A stretch of DNA of 64,000 bases from an uncultured Candidatus Rokubacteria bacterium (lineage in GTDB: Bacteria; Methylomirabilota; Methylomirabilia; Rokubacteriales; CSP1-6), in the NCBI GenBank assembly GCA_963771355.1, contig CAVYTA010000006.1, positions 1,024,001 through 1,088,000 on the forward strand. Direction: 5' to 3'. Positions 12,702 through 23,234 of the stretch are shown here, one piece after another (within the stretch, counting starts at the first letter, position 1; each line of letters starts with the position of its first letter). The notes under the pieces were generated by a model that saw only the letters and a program-made list of their open reading frames with translations, did no database searches and was not told the DNA's origin. Made by a program: the position numbers and the translations under genes.

Positions 12702-14042
12702 TCATCGCCCCGCCCCCGCCGCGTCGCGCGCGTGGGCGAGGCGCTCGAGCAGCACCACGGCGCCGTCGCGCATGAGCTCCCCGCCCCGCTCACCGTAGAG
12801 GCTCGCGCAGGCGATGTAGCTCGGGTGGACGGTGGCCTCGGGGGTGAGCAGGTAGCCGAGATAGTCGTTGGACACGCCCGCCACGAAGACCCGGTCGAAC
12901 CGCGCGGCGCCCGCGGTCTTGATCTCCCGCCCGAGACGCGTCTCGAGCTCACCCGGGATGGTGACCCAGGCGCTGCCGCCGATCCCCACCGCGAGCAGCT
13001 CCGCGTGGCGGGGCAGCGCGTCGCCCAGGCCCACCCGCAGCCACCCCGGTAGCCAGCGTCCCAGGCAGGCGCGCGCGGAGACCGCCGGCGCGGGCAGGCT
13101 CACGCGGTGCGAGGCCGTCGCGAGTACCGGGTCCGCCTCCGCACGGATCGCGTCCCACGCGCCCAGCGCACCCTGCGCGAGACGCTCCCCCAGACTCGCC
13201 ACGCCCCGCCAGCCGCGTCCGGCGGGACTCACGTCGCCGACGGCGCCGTTGACGAAGAGCGCCGGCACGCGGAGGCGGCTCTCGATCCGCGCGGAGGCGT
13301 CTCCCATGAGATCGCCCGAGACCAAGAAGTTCCCCTTGCCGAGCGCGGTGCCGTGGATGGCGTAGTTCCAGAGCAGCGCCAGGGGGCGTCCGTCCGCGGT
13401 CACCACCTTGAGGACGCCGAGGGTGGGATCGAGGGATGCGCCGACGCGGCTCTTGCCGAGGCCGGGAAGCTCCACCGCGCCGGCCCCGACGCGCGCGGGC
13501 GCCCGCCGCTGATGCGCCTCGCGGGCCGCGCGCTCGAGGGCGTCCAGGAGCCGCGCGCGAATCTCCGCCGACGGCCGGTCGAGGGCCACGAAGGCGAAGA
13601 GCGCCGAGTCGACGTAGGCCCCCGGGCCGGAATGCGTGTGCGAGGCCGACACGATCACCGTCGAGTACGCGAGCCCGGCCCGTCGGAGGCGCTCGCCGAG
13701 CTCGGCGGTGAGGCCGGGATCCATGCCCACCAGATCGATGGACAGCCACATCACGCTGACGCGGGCGTCGGCCAGCGCCAGTGCCCGCGCCCGCACGGGA
13801 TCGTGCACGCCCTGCGCGGGCCGGAACCAGAACGCGTGCGCGTGGCGCCCGAGCACGTCGGGGAACCAGGCGCGGCGCGGGAAGCCCCCATAGCCGGCCA
13901 GTGGGGTACCGTCGGGCAGCACCACCTCCACCGCCGCCGCCCCCGCGGTGAGCGATGCGGTCCTGGGGGCGGCGGCGGCACCGGCGGCCCCACTGCCGGA
14001 CGAGCAGATGAGCACGAGCGCCAGGAGCGCTCGCCCCCGCAT
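12702..14042 (-). CDS. Secreted neutral/alkaline ceramidase-family protein
   Basis: Signal peptide, PLAGYG, GVHDP, ASHTHSGPG, NYAIHGT, NGAVGDVSP, PGE, NDYLGY. ATG overlaps holA stop. Confidence 0.8.
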   Translation of the reverse strand: MRGRALLALVLICSSGSGAAGAAAAPRTASLTAGAAAVEVVLPDGTPLAGYGGFPRRAWFPDVLGRHAHAFWFRPAQGVHDPVRARALALADARVSVMWLSIDLVGMDPGLTAELGERLRRAGLAYSTVIVSASHTHSGPGAYVDSALFAFVALDRPSAEIRARLLDALERAAREAHQRRAPARVGAGAVELPGLGKSRVGASLDPTLGVLKVVTADGRPLALLWNYAIHGTALGKGNFLVSGDLMGDASARIESRLRVPALFVNGAVGDVSPAGRGWRGVASLGERLAQGALGAWDAIRAEADPVLATASHRVSLPAPAVSARACLGRWLPGWLRVGLGDALPRHAELLAVGIGGSAWVTIPGELETRLGREIKTAGAARFDRVFVAGVSNDYLGYLLTPEATVHPSYIACASLYGERGGELMRDGAVVLLERLAHARDAAGAGR

Positions 14043-15037
14043 CACGCGGCGCACAGATCCGCGATGAGAAGCGCGAGCTCGGGGCGAGGCGCCCCGCCCT
14101 GCTTGAGGCGTCGCTCCACCTCCCAGCAGCGCGTGAGGCGCCGGGCGGCGTCGGGACCCGAGAGCGCCCGCGCCAGTGCGACCACTGCGGCCGCGGCGGG
14201 CGGCGGGCGGCGAAGCAGCCGAGCGACCTCATCGTCCCGCCGGCCCTGCCCCAGCCACTCCCGTGCCTGCCACACCGAGCGTGCCTCGCGCGCCAGCATG
14301 CCGAGCACCCCGAGCGCCTCTTCGCCCGCGGCGAGGAGCGCGCCGAGCACGCCGAGCGCCGCCCCCAGGTCGCGCTCGGCCACCGCGCGGGTGAGCTCGA
14401 AGATATTGCGAAGCCGCTGCTCGCCCACCACCGCGCGGACCTCCGACGGGGTCACGCGGCGGTTGTCCGGCCCACCGGCGAGGGCCGCCTTGGCCACTTC
14501 CCCCAGCAGCAGGGTCAGGTCGTCCCCCACCAGCTCGACGAGCAGCGCCGCCGCCGCCACCTCCACCTCGAAGCCGCTCGCCGCCGCGCGGGTGCGCAGC
14601 CAGGACACCAGCGCACGGCCGGTGGGCCGCGGGAGCGCGACCACGGCGGCGGGGGGCAGCGTCTTCAGCAGCCAGTGGCTCGGGGCCACTTCCGCATCGG
14701 CGAGGAGCAGGAGCACGGTAGAGGGATTCGGCGCGGCGGCATAGGCGGCGAGGGCCTCGCCCTGGCGCACCCCGAGCCCGTCGGCGCCGCGCACCACCAC
14801 GAGCCGGCGCTCGGAGAGAAACGGCAGCGTGAGGGCAGATCGGACGATGGTTTCCGCACCCGCCTCGCGGGCCTCGAGGACTTCGCGAGAAAGGGCGGCC
14901 ATGTCGGGATCGGCGAAGAGCGCGCGGGTGACCGCCGCCACCGCGTCGTCCAGGAGGACGGGCTCGGCGCCGTGGACGAGAACGACCGGGGGCGTGCGGC
15001 CCGCCTCCACTGCGCGGAGCAGCCCCGCGTAGTCCAC
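14042..15037 (-). CDS. holA: DNA polymerase III delta subunit
   Basis: HGAEPVLL, TLPFLSERRLVVV, IFEL; leuS-lptE-holA synteny. Confidence 0.9.
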   Translation of the reverse strand: MDYAGLLRAVEAGRTPPVVLVHGAEPVLLDDAVAAVTRALFADPDMAALSREVLEAREAGAETIVRSALTLPFLSERRLVVVRGADGLGVRQGEALAAYAAAPNPSTVLLLLADAEVAPSHWLLKTLPPAAVVALPRPTGRALVSWLRTRAAASGFEVEVAAAALLVELVGDDLTLLLGEVAKAALAGGPDNRRVTPSEVRAVVGEQRLRNIFELTRAVAERDLGAALGVLGALLAAGEEALGVLGMLAREARSVWQAREWLGQGRRDDEVARLLRRPPPAAAAVVALARALSGPDAARRLTRCWEVERRLKQGGAPRPELALLIADLCAA

Positions 15038-15050
15038 TAGCGGGTGTCCA

Positions 15051-15569
15051 CTAGAACCGATCCACCACCAGGTTCACGACCCGGCGGCCGATATCCACCG
15101 CCGCCGCGCGCACCGCGCCCTCCTCGCGGTTGATCGTGCCCGAGGCATCGAAGGGGACGACAAAGTCGGCCCGCTCCTGCAGTCCCTCTTGCCGGAAGAG
15201 CATGCCGCCCTGTCGCATATCCCGAAACGACAGGTTCAGGGTGACCACGAGCCGGTACTGGCGGACGTTGATGCGATTGTCCACCGCCACCGACACGATG
15301 TCGTACCCGACGACCTCGCCCTCGAGGATGGAGTCCGCCTGGTCGGCGGCGACCACCTTGAGCTTGCCGCTGGTGACAAAGGCGTTGATCACCGCGGCGG
15401 TGATGGTGCTCTCCACCGCGGGCTGCTCCGTCTTGTTCCTGAAGGTGGGCACCGCCACCGACTTGATGTGATTGGGGAGATTGCCCTGCGTGCTGTAGCC
15501 GCACCCGGTGGCAAGCCCGAGCGCCGCCACGGTCACGAGGGCGGCCCACGCGCGCGGCCCGCTCCTCAC
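15051..15569 (-). CDS. lptE: LPS assembly lipoprotein LptE family
   Basis: Lipobox LATGCGY, AVPTFRNKT; GTG overlaps leuS stop. Confidence 0.85.
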   Translation of the reverse strand: MRSGPRAWAALVTVAALGLATGCGYSTQGNLPNHIKSVAVPTFRNKTEQPAVESTITAAVINAFVTSGKLKVVAADQADSILEGEVVGYDIVSVAVDNRINVRQYRLVVTLNLSFRDMRQGGMLFRQEGLQERADFVVPFDASGTINREEGAVRAAAVDIGRRVVNLVVDRF

Positions 15570-18079
15570 GCGCGGGTAACCACGTTGACGAGGCGTCCCG
15601 GGACCACCACCACCTTGGCGACCTGGCGGCCGTCGGTCCACTGGCGCACCTTCTCGTCGGCAAGGGCGCGGTCCTGGATCTCGCGCTCCGCGGCGGCCAC
15701 GTCCACGGTGAGCCGGCTGCGCACGCGGCCGTCCACCTGGACGATGATCTCGACCTCGGCGCGCTTCACCGCCGCGGGATCGACGGTGGGCCACGCGTGC
15801 TTGAACACGCTCTCGCGGTGGCCCAGCGCCGCCCAGAGCTCCTCGGTGATGTGCGGGCTCATCGGCCCCAGCAGGAGCACGGTGGTCTCCACCGCCTCGC
15901 GCAGGAGCCGCCCGCGCTCGGCGCGGTTCATGGTGTCCATGGAGTCGCGGTCGAAGTCGTGGAGCGCATTGACCAGCTCCATGATGGCGCTGATGGCGGT
16001 ATTGAAGTGGAGGTCCTTCTCGATGTCGTGGGTCACGCGCTCGATCGTCTCGTGGATGACGCGCCGGACGGCACGGCCCGCGTCGGACAGGTTTCCCGCT
16101 TCCGCCCGGCTCGCCTCCGGCGGCACCTCGCGCAGCTCGGCGAGATGCCCCTGGACGAAGCGCCAGATACGGTTGAGGAAGCGCGACGCCCCCTCCACGC
16201 CGCGATCGTTCCAGTCGAGGTCCTTCTCGGGGGGCGCCGCGAAGAGGGAGAAGAGCCGCGCGGTGTCCGCCCCGAAGCGCCGGATGAGGTCATCCGGGTC
16301 CACCACGTTGCCCTTGGACTTCGACATCTTGGCGCCGTCCTTGATCACCATCCCCTGCGAGAGCAGGGCGGAGAAGGGCTCGTCCACCTGGGTGAGGCCG
16401 AGGTCGCGCAGCACCTTGGTGTAGAAGCGGGCGTAGAGGAGGTGGAGGACGGCGTGCTCGATCCCGCCGATGTATTGATCCACCGGCATCCAGTACGCGG
16501 CGGCGGCGGGGTCGAACATCCCGCCCTCGTAGCGCGGCGAGCAGTAGCGGAGGAAGTACCACGACGACTCCACGAAGGTATCCATGGTGTCGGTCTCGCG
16601 CTTGGCGGGACCGTCGCACCGGGGACACCGCGCGTTGACGAAGTGCGCCACCTCGGCGAGCGGCGAGCCGCCCTTGCCGCTGATCTGCACGTCCTCGGGC
16701 AGCACCACCGGCAGGCGGTCCTCGCGCTCCGGCACCATGCCGCATCGGGGGCAGTAGAGAATGGGGATGGGCGCCCCCCAGTAGCGCTGGCGGCTGATGC
16801 CCCAGTCGCGGAGCCGGTAGTTGACCTTGGACTGGCCGAGGCCGCGGGCCACCAGCCAGTCGATCGCCTTGCGCTTGGCCTCCGCGATGCCGAGCCCGTC
16901 CAGGAACCCCGAGTTGATCTTCACGCCGTCGCCGGTATAGGCCTCGGTATCCGCCCAGCCCTCCGGCCGCTTCACCGTCGGGACGATGGGCAGGCCGTGC
17001 TGCGTGGCGAAGTCCCAGTCGCGCCCATCCTCGCCCGGCACCGCCATGATCGCGCCGGTGCCGTAGCCCATGAGCACGTAGTCGGCGAGGAAGAGCGGGA
17101 TCTCCCGCTCCGTGAAGGGATTGATGGCGCGGGCGCTGAGCCGGAGCCCGCGCTTCGGCCGGTCGACGGCCAGGCGCTCGATCTCCGACTCCCGCGCCAC
17201 CTCCGCGCGGAAGGCGTCCACCTTCGCGCGCTCGGCGGGATCGGTGACGAGCGCGTCCACCAGCGGGTGCTCGGGGGCCAGCACCGCGTAGGTCATGCCG
17301 AACGAGGTGTCCGGCCGAGTGGTGAAGATGCGGATCTTCACGTCGGGGCGCCCCACCACCGGCAGGTCGAACTCGGCGCCCTCGCTCCGCCCGATCCAGT
17401 TGCGCTGCATGGTCAGCACGCGCTCGGGCCAGCCGGGGAGACGGTCGCACCCGGCGAGCAGCTCATCCGCGTAGTCGGTGATCTTGAAGAACCAGCCCTC
17501 GATCTCCTTGGCCTCCACCTCGGAGTCGCAGCGCCAGCAGCGCCCCGCCTCCACCTGCTCGTTGGCGAGGATGGTCTGGCAGGAGGGGCACCAGTTCACC
17601 GTGGAGCGTTTCTTGTAGGCGAGCCCCCGCTCGAACATCCGGATGAAGATGAGCTGCTCCCACTTGTAGTACGCGGGGTCGCAGGTGGCCACCTCGCGGT
17701 CCCAGTCGTAGGAGATCCCCATGCGGCGAAGCTGGCTCCGCATGTTCCGGATGTTCTCGTAGGTCCACACCGCGGGGTGGACCCCGTTGTCGATGGCGGC
17801 GTTCTCGGCGGGCATGCCGAAGGCATCCCACCCCATCGGGTGGAGCACGTTGAACCCGCGCATCCACTTGTAGCGCGCAAGGAGATCGCCGATGGCATAG
17901 ACGCGCACGTGACCCATGTGGATGCGGCCGGAGGGATACGGGAACATCTCGAGACAGTAAAACTTCGGGCGGGAGGGATCCTCGATCGCCTGGAACTGCT
18001 TGCTTTCCTCCCAGACGCGCTGCCACCGGGCCTCGATGTCGGCAAACGGGTAGCGTTCGGGACGGTCGTCGCTCGCCAT
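15566..18079 (-). CDS. leuS: Leucine--tRNA ligase
   Basis: MFPYPSGRIHMGH, GTGAIMAVP, GGIEHA, KMSKS. Start MASDDR. Confidence 0.98.
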   Translation of the reverse strand: MASDDRPERYPFADIEARWQRVWEESKQFQAIEDPSRPKFYCLEMFPYPSGRIHMGHVRVYAIGDLLARYKWMRGFNVLHPMGWDAFGMPAENAAIDNGVHPAVWTYENIRNMRSQLRRMGISYDWDREVATCDPAYYKWEQLIFIRMFERGLAYKKRSTVNWCPSCQTILANEQVEAGRCWRCDSEVEAKEIEGWFFKITDYADELLAGCDRLPGWPERVLTMQRNWIGRSEGAEFDLPVVGRPDVKIRIFTTRPDTSFGMTYAVLAPEHPLVDALVTDPAERAKVDAFRAEVARESEIERLAVDRPKRGLRLSARAINPFTEREIPLFLADYVLMGYGTGAIMAVPGEDGRDWDFATQHGLPIVPTVKRPEGWADTEAYTGDGVKINSGFLDGLGIAEAKRKAIDWLVARGLGQSKVNYRLRDWGISRQRYWGAPIPILYCPRCGMVPEREDRLPVVLPEDVQISGKGGSPLAEVAHFVNARCPRCDGPAKRETDTMDTFVESSWYFLRYCSPRYEGGMFDPAAAAYWMPVDQYIGGIEHAVLHLLYARFYTKVLRDLGLTQVDEPFSALLSQGMVIKDGAKMSKSKGNVVDPDDLIRRFGADTARLFSLFAAPPEKDLDWNDRGVEGASRFLNRIWRFVQGHLAELREVPPEASRAEAGNLSDAGRAVRRVIHETIERVTHDIEKDLHFNTAISAIMELVNALHDFDRDSMDTMNRAERGRLLREAVETTVLLLGPMSPHITEELWAALGHRESVFKHAWPTVDPAAVKRAEVEIIVQVDGRVRSRLTVDVAAAEREIQDRALADEKVRQWTDGRQVAKVVVVPGRLVNVVTRA

Positions 18080-18128
18080 GTTCGCGCTGATCTTAAGCTG
18101 CCCGGAGGGAGGACGCAAGGAAACGGCT

Positions 18129-18159
18129 CCCCGGGGACCATGCGATCCGGTCCCCGGGG
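18129..18159 (-). terminator. GC hairpin after the small secreted protein gene
   Basis: ccccggggacc-N9-ggtccccgggg perfect 11-bp stem; weak U-tract. Confidence 0.5.
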
Positions 18160-18171
18160 GAAGGCGGTCGG

Positions 18172-18423
18172 CTACTTCTTCTTGAGGGCGAGATTGATGG
18201 CCTTGGCCGCTTCCTCGGCCTTGGCCACGGACTCCGCGTGCTTGCCGGCATCGTGGAGCTTCTTGGCCTCCGCGGCGAGGTCGTTGGCCTTCTTCGAGGC
18301 GTCGTCCGACTTCCCGGCGGTCGCGTCCTGGACCTGCTTGATCAGGAGCGGACACTGAAACGCCAGCGCGGGGCTGGCGGCGAGGGTGATCACGGCGACC
18401 GCGATCAGGAGCGTCTTCAGCAT
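18172..18423 (-). CDS. Small secreted helical protein (QCP...LHDAGKHAES)
   Basis: Signal peptide with ALA site, strong SD GGAGGAGG, typical codon bias. Confidence 0.8.
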   Translation of the reverse strand: MLKTLLIAVAVITLAASPALAFQCPLLIKQVQDATAGKSDDASKKANDLAAEAKKLHDAGKHAESVAKAEEAAKAINLALKKK

Positions 18424-18459
18424 GAGGGTTCACCTCCTCCCTGGAGAATTGCCGTTACT

Positions 18460-20310
18460 TTAACCGCTCGACGGCTCCGGCGGTTCCCCATTTTCGGGCG
18501 CCGGCACCAGTGGCACCGGGTGGAAGTGCTCGTGGATCCGCTGCGCCAGCTTGGGCGTGACCTTGGGCACCCCGGCGAGCTCGGCCACGGACGCGGCCCG
18601 GACCCCACGCGCCGAGCCGAGCGTCTTGAGCAGGCTGGTCCGGAGAGTCGGGCCCACCCCGGGGATGCGGTCGAGCTCCGAGCTGATGGTCCGACGCGCC
18701 CGCACCTTCTTGTGGTACGTGATGGCGAACCGGTGGGCCTCGTCCCGGATCTTCTGGAGCGTCTGCAGCGCGGGCGAGCCGAGGTCCAGCACCAGCGGCT
18801 GCAGGCGGTCGGGCGTATAGACCTCCTCCGCGCGCTTGGCGAGGGAGGCGATGGGGAGATAGTCCAGACCCAGATCCTCGAGCACCTTCACCCCCACCCC
18901 GAGCTGGCCGCGCCCGCCGTCGAGGAGAATGAGATCCGGCAGCGGCCCCTCCCCCTCCAGCGCCTTGGCGTAGCGGCGGGTGAGCACCTCCTGCATGGAC
19001 GCGAAGTCGTCGGTGCCGATCACCGTCCGGATCTTGTACCGCTTGTAGTCGTCCTTCTTCATGTCCCCGCCCTGCCACACCACCATGGAGGCCACCGTGT
19101 CGCTGCCCTGGATGGTCGATATGTCGAAGCACTCGATGCGGTCCGGCGGCTCGGCCAGGCCCAGCGCCCGCTGCAGCTCTTCGCGCACCGCCTGATGGCG
19201 GTTCGTGCGCGAGAGCAAGTGCGCCTGCAACGCCAGCGCGGCGTTCTCCTCCGCCATCGCCACCAGCTCGCGCCGGCGCCCCCGCTGGGGCGCCAGCAGC
19301 TCCACGCGTCCTCCGCGGCGCTGCCGCAGCCACTCCAGCACCAGCGGAGCATCCGCGATCTCGGTGGAGAGCACGAGCTCCGGCGCGGGGGTCACGCTCC
19401 GCGCGTAGAACTGCCGCACGAACGCGGAGAGAACCTCTCCATCGCTCTCCCCCACCAGGCGGTCGAAGTAGAAGGACTCCCGGCCGAGCAGCCGGCCCTT
19501 GCGGACGAAGAAGAGCTGCACGCAGGCGTCGGGCCCCTGTCGCACCAGCCCGATGATGTCCTCGTCCGTCTCCTCGGTGGAGATGATCTTCTGGCGCTCG
19601 CGCACCGTGTTCAGCGCCTGGATGCGGTCGCGCAGCACCGCCGCCTGCTCGAAGCGCGTCTCCGCCGCGGCCGCCTCCATCCGCCGCGTCAGCTCCTTGA
19701 CGAGATCGTCGTCCTTTCCCTCCAGGAAGCGCTGGACCTCGGAGACGGTCCGGCCATAGCCTTCCTTCGACTCCTGCCCGGTGCAGGGGGCGTTGCAACG
19801 ATGGATGAAGTACTGGATGCACGGCCGCGGGAGCTGCCCGTCGATCTTGATGCGGCAGGTGCGGAGCGGGAAGAGCTGGCGCACCAGCCGGAGGGTCTCG
19901 CGCATCGCGGTGGCCGGATAGAACGGCCCGAAGTAGGCGTCGCCGTCCTGCTGCACCCGCCGCGCCACGACCAGCCGGGGGAACTCCTCGCTGGTGGTGA
20001 GCTTGAGGAAGGGATAGTGCTTGTCGTCCCGCAGGATGATGTTGTAGCGGGGCCGGTGCTTCTTGACCAGGTTCGATTCGAGGATGAGCGCCTCGAGCTC
20101 GTTGGTGGTGACGATGTACTCGAGGTCGCGGATCTGCCCGACCAGGGCGTCGGTCTTGGGGTCGCGGGCGCGCGACTCCTGGAAGTAGGAGCGCACGCGG
20201 CTGCGCAGGGAGGCCGCCTTCCCCACGTAGACGATCTGGGCCTTGGCGTCCTTGTAGAGGTAGACACCCGGCCGGTCCGGCACCTGGTCGAGCTTGTCCT
20301 GAAGACTCAC
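18460..20310 (-). CDS. uvrC: Excinuclease ABC subunit C
   Basis: PGVY...YVGKA GIY-YIG, ECFDIS, DGGRGQ, RDEAHRFAI, HhH. Confidence 0.98.
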   Translation of the reverse strand: MSLQDKLDQVPDRPGVYLYKDAKAQIVYVGKAASLRSRVRSYFQESRARDPKTDALVGQIRDLEYIVTTNELEALILESNLVKKHRPRYNIILRDDKHYPFLKLTTSEEFPRLVVARRVQQDGDAYFGPFYPATAMRETLRLVRQLFPLRTCRIKIDGQLPRPCIQYFIHRCNAPCTGQESKEGYGRTVSEVQRFLEGKDDDLVKELTRRMEAAAAETRFEQAAVLRDRIQALNTVRERQKIISTEETDEDIIGLVRQGPDACVQLFFVRKGRLLGRESFYFDRLVGESDGEVLSAFVRQFYARSVTPAPELVLSTEIADAPLVLEWLRQRRGGRVELLAPQRGRRRELVAMAEENAALALQAHLLSRTNRHQAVREELQRALGLAEPPDRIECFDISTIQGSDTVASMVVWQGGDMKKDDYKRYKIRTVIGTDDFASMQEVLTRRYAKALEGEGPLPDLILLDGGRGQLGVGVKVLEDLGLDYLPIASLAKRAEEVYTPDRLQPLVLDLGSPALQTLQKIRDEAHRFAITYHKKVRARRTISSELDRIPGVGPTLRTSLLKTLGSARGVRAASVAELAGVPKVTPKLAQRIHEHFHPVPLVPAPENGEPPEPSSG

Positions 20311-20355
20311 CGCTTCACTATTGTACGCTCGCCGGGTCAGGACCCCGGCCGCCCG

Positions 20356-20571
20356 TCAGGACCCTTGGAGGAGGGTGAGCGGCAGGATGGCGAGGCCGAG
20401 GAGGGCGGGCACGATCACGCTCCAGCGAAGGGCGCGCGTCACGCTCCGGAGGATGGGCGGCGCGGGCCGGCCGGGACGGGGCGGATTCAGGAAGCTGATG
20501 ACCTTCGCGAGGGCCAAGAGCCCGAGCGAGAGGACGGCGAAGAACACCAGCACCCACTTGAAGGCTCCCAC
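20356..20571 (-). CDS. Small two-TM membrane protein
   Basis: Two hydrophobic stretches; starts 1 nt after uvrB stop. Confidence 0.6.
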   Translation of the reverse strand: MGAFKWVLVFFAVLSLGLLALAKVISFLNPPRPGRPAPPILRSVTRALRWSVIVPALLGLAILPLTLLQGS

Positions 20572-20572
20572 G

Positions 20573-22597
20573 TCAGCGCACGCCGAGCTCGACCCGCCGG
20601 AGCGCCTTGACCTGGTCGCGCAGCTCCGCCGCGCGCTCGAAGTCCAGCCGCTTGGCCGCCTCCTTCATGGCCGCCTCCAGGGCGGCAATGCGCGCGGCCA
20701 GCGCCGCCGGGCTCTCCGGCGGGGCCTCCGCAATCTCCGGCACCGGCACGGTGTAGTAGTCGCGCTCCGAGACGGTCTCCAGCAGCTCGCGGATGGACTT
20801 TCGCACCGATTCGGGGGTGATCCCGTGGGCGGTGTTGTAGGCGGCCTGGGCCGCGCGGCGGCGGTCCGTCTCCGCGAGGGCTTCCTGCATGGACCCGGTG
20901 ACACGGTCCGCGTACATGAGCACCTCGCCGTTCACGTGGCGGGCGGCGCGTCCCGATGTCTGGATCAGCGAGGTGGCGGAGCGGAGATAGCCCTCCTTGT
21001 CGGCGTCGAGGATGCCCACCAGCGAGACCTCCGGCAGGTCCAGCCCCTCGCGGAGGAGGTTGATGCCGACGAGGGCATCGAATTTCCCCAGGCGGAGGTC
21101 GCGAATCACCGCCACCCGGTCGAGGGTATCGATGTCGGAGTGCAGGTAGCGGACGCGGAGCCCGTTCTGCTGGTAGTACTCGGTGAGGTCCTCCGCCATC
21201 CGCTTGGTGAGCGTGGTGATGAGCACCCGCTCGTCCCGCTCCGCCCGCGCCCGCACCTCCGCCATCAGGTCGTCCACCTGGATGGAAGCCGGCCGCACTG
21301 TGATCTTGGGGTCCATGAGCCCGGTGGGGCGGATGATCTGCTCCGCCACCGCCCCCCCCGCATAGGCGCGAGCGGCGGGCTCCCGCACCGCCCCGGCATG
21401 GTCCAGCTCGTAGTGGCCGGGGGTCGCGGACACGTAGAGCACCTGCCCCACGGTGGCGCTGAACTCGTCGAAGGTCAGCGGCCGGTTGTCGAAGGCCGAG
21501 GGCAGGCGGAAGCCGTACTCGACGAGCGCCTCCTTGCGCGAGCGGTCGCCGGGATACATGCCCCGGATCTGCGGGACGGTGACGTGGGACTCGTCGATGA
21601 GGACGAGGGCATCCTTGGGCAGGTAGTCCATGAGGGTGGCCGGCTTGGAGCCCGGCTTGCGGCCGGCCAGATGCCGCGAGTAGTTCTCGATGCCGTGGCA
21701 GTAGCCGATCTCCCGGAGCATCTCTACGTCGAAGAGGGTGCGCTGCTCCAGTCGCTGCGCCTCCAGCAACCGGTTGCGCGCGCGGAAGAAGGCCAGCCGC
21801 TCCCGCAGCTCCTCGTGAATATTGGCGATGGCGCGCTCGATCTGGTCGGCCGGCGTGACGTAGTGGCTGGCGGGATAGATGCGCACCGCCGGCACCACCC
21901 CGGTGGTGGCGCCTTTCAGGGGATCGAGGGTCACGATGCGATCCACGCTGTCACCGAAGAGCTCGATCCGGAGCGCCTCGGTCTCGGCGGCGGCGGGGAA
22001 CACCTCCACCACGTCGCCGCGCACCCGGAACGTCCCCCGCCGGAAGTCGTAGTCGTTCCGCTCGTACTGGATGGCGACCAGGTCCCGGACCAGCGCGTCC
22101 CGGCTCACCGTCTGTCCCGTCTGCATCGACACGTGCATGCCCCGGTAGGTCTCCGGCTCGCCGATGCCGTAGATGCAGGACACCGACGCCACGATCACCA
22201 CGTCCCGCCGCTCGAAGAGCGAGGTGGTGGCGGAGTGCCGCATCCGGTCGATCTCGTCGTTGATGAGCGCGTCCTTCTCGATGTAGGTGTCCGACTGCGG
22301 AATGTAGGCTTCGGGCTGATAGTAGTCGTAATAGGACACGAAGTATTCGACGGCGGACTCCGGGAAGAACGACTTGAACTCGCTGTAGAGCTGGGCGGCC
22401 AGGGTCTTGTTGGGCGAGATCACCAGAGCGGGCCGCTGGAGCCGGCTGATCAGGTTGGCGAGCGTGAAGGTCTTGCCGCTCCCGGTGATGCCGAGGAGCA
22501 CGCTGTGGCGCTCGCCCGCTTTCATCAGCTCGGCGAGTCGCTCGATGGCCCGCGGCTGATCCCCCGCGGGCTCGAAGTCGGATGCCAGTCGGAACAA
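20573..22597 (-). CDS. uvrB: Excinuclease ABC subunit B
   Basis: [23 protein letters not shown]-terminal FERAAELRD. Confidence 0.98.
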   Translation of the reverse strand: MFRLASDFEPAGDQPRAIERLAELMKAGERHSVLLGITGSGKTFTLANLISRLQRPALVISPNKTLAAQLYSEFKSFFPESAVEYFVSYYDYYQPEAYIPQSDTYIEKDALINDEIDRMRHSATTSLFERRDVVIVASVSCIYGIGEPETYRGMHVSMQTGQTVSRDALVRDLVAIQYERNDYDFRRGTFRVRGDVVEVFPAAAETEALRIELFGDSVDRIVTLDPLKGATTGVVPAVRIYPASHYVTPADQIERAIANIHEELRERLAFFRARNRLLEAQRLEQRTLFDVEMLREIGYCHGIENYSRHLAGRKPGSKPATLMDYLPKDALVLIDESHVTVPQIRGMYPGDRSRKEALVEYGFRLPSAFDNRPLTFDEFSATVGQVLYVSATPGHYELDHAGAVREPAARAYAGGAVAEQIIRPTGLMDPKITVRPASIQVDDLMAEVRARAERDERVLITTLTKRMAEDLTEYYQQNGLRVRYLHSDIDTLDRVAVIRDLRLGKFDALVGINLLREGLDLPEVSLVGILDADKEGYLRSATSLIQTSGRAARHVNGEVLMYADRVTGSMQEALAETDRRRAAQAAYNTAHGITPESVRKSIRELLETVSERDYYTVPVPEIAEAPPESPAALAARIAALEAAMKEAAKRLDFERAAELRDQVKALRRVELGVR

Positions 22598-22602
22598 CGG
22601 CG

Positions 22603-23133
22603 TCAGGAGCTCGACGGCACCGCGACGAGGTACTTGCGCCAGGAGTCGAGGAAGGAGGAAGCGTGTGGGTGCCGGAGGAGGTGGACCGAGAAGAGGAACT
22701 GCGGGTGCACGGGCTCGCGGATCAGCCGCAATCGAGTCTCCTCCAGGGCGCGGTTGCCCTTGAAGAGGTTGCAGCGGAGGCAGGCCGCCACCACGTTGGT
22801 CCAGGTGGTCTGGCCGCCGCGCGACCGCGGCACGATGTGGTCCACCGTCAGCTTCTCGCCGCGCCGGGCGCAGTACTGGCAGGTGTAGCCGTCTCGCCGG
22901 AGGATGTTCTTCTTGTTGAAGGCGACCCGCTCGAGGAAGGGTTTGCGAATATAGGCGGCCAGCCGGATCACCGCCGGCAGCGGATAGGCGCGCGAGGGCG
23001 AACGGACCACGCGCGGGGAGGACTCGACGCTCTCGGCCTTGCCGCTGAGGAGGAGGGTGATGGCCCGCTTGGCGTTGGTGAAGTGCAGCGGCTCATAGGT
23101 GTAGTTCAGCACCAGCACCGCTAGGTCATCCAT
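22603..23133 (-). CDS. HNH endonuclease (McrA-like, standalone)
   Basis: [42 protein letters not shown]. Confidence 0.9.
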   Translation of the reverse strand: MDDLAVLVLNYTYEPLHFTNAKRAITLLLSGKAESVESSPRVVRSPSRAYPLPAVIRLAAYIRKPFLERVAFNKKNILRRDGYTCQYCARRGEKLTVDHIVPRSRGGQTTWTNVVAACLRCNLFKGNRALEETRLRLIREPVHPQFLFSVHLLRHPHASSFLDSWRKYLVAVPSSS

Positions 23134-23234
23134 GGCCCTCCGTTAGGATAGTCACCGCCCCGCGGAGTGTCAACTCCGGCGGGAGGGCGCCCGGGCGGGC
23201 CGGAGCGCACCGGAAGGCGAGACGGGCGGGCTAG

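Noticed and set aside
22603..23133. HNH as a homing endonuclease, Cas or toxin component
   Set aside because: No intron or intein context, array, or immunity gene; looks like the common standalone family.
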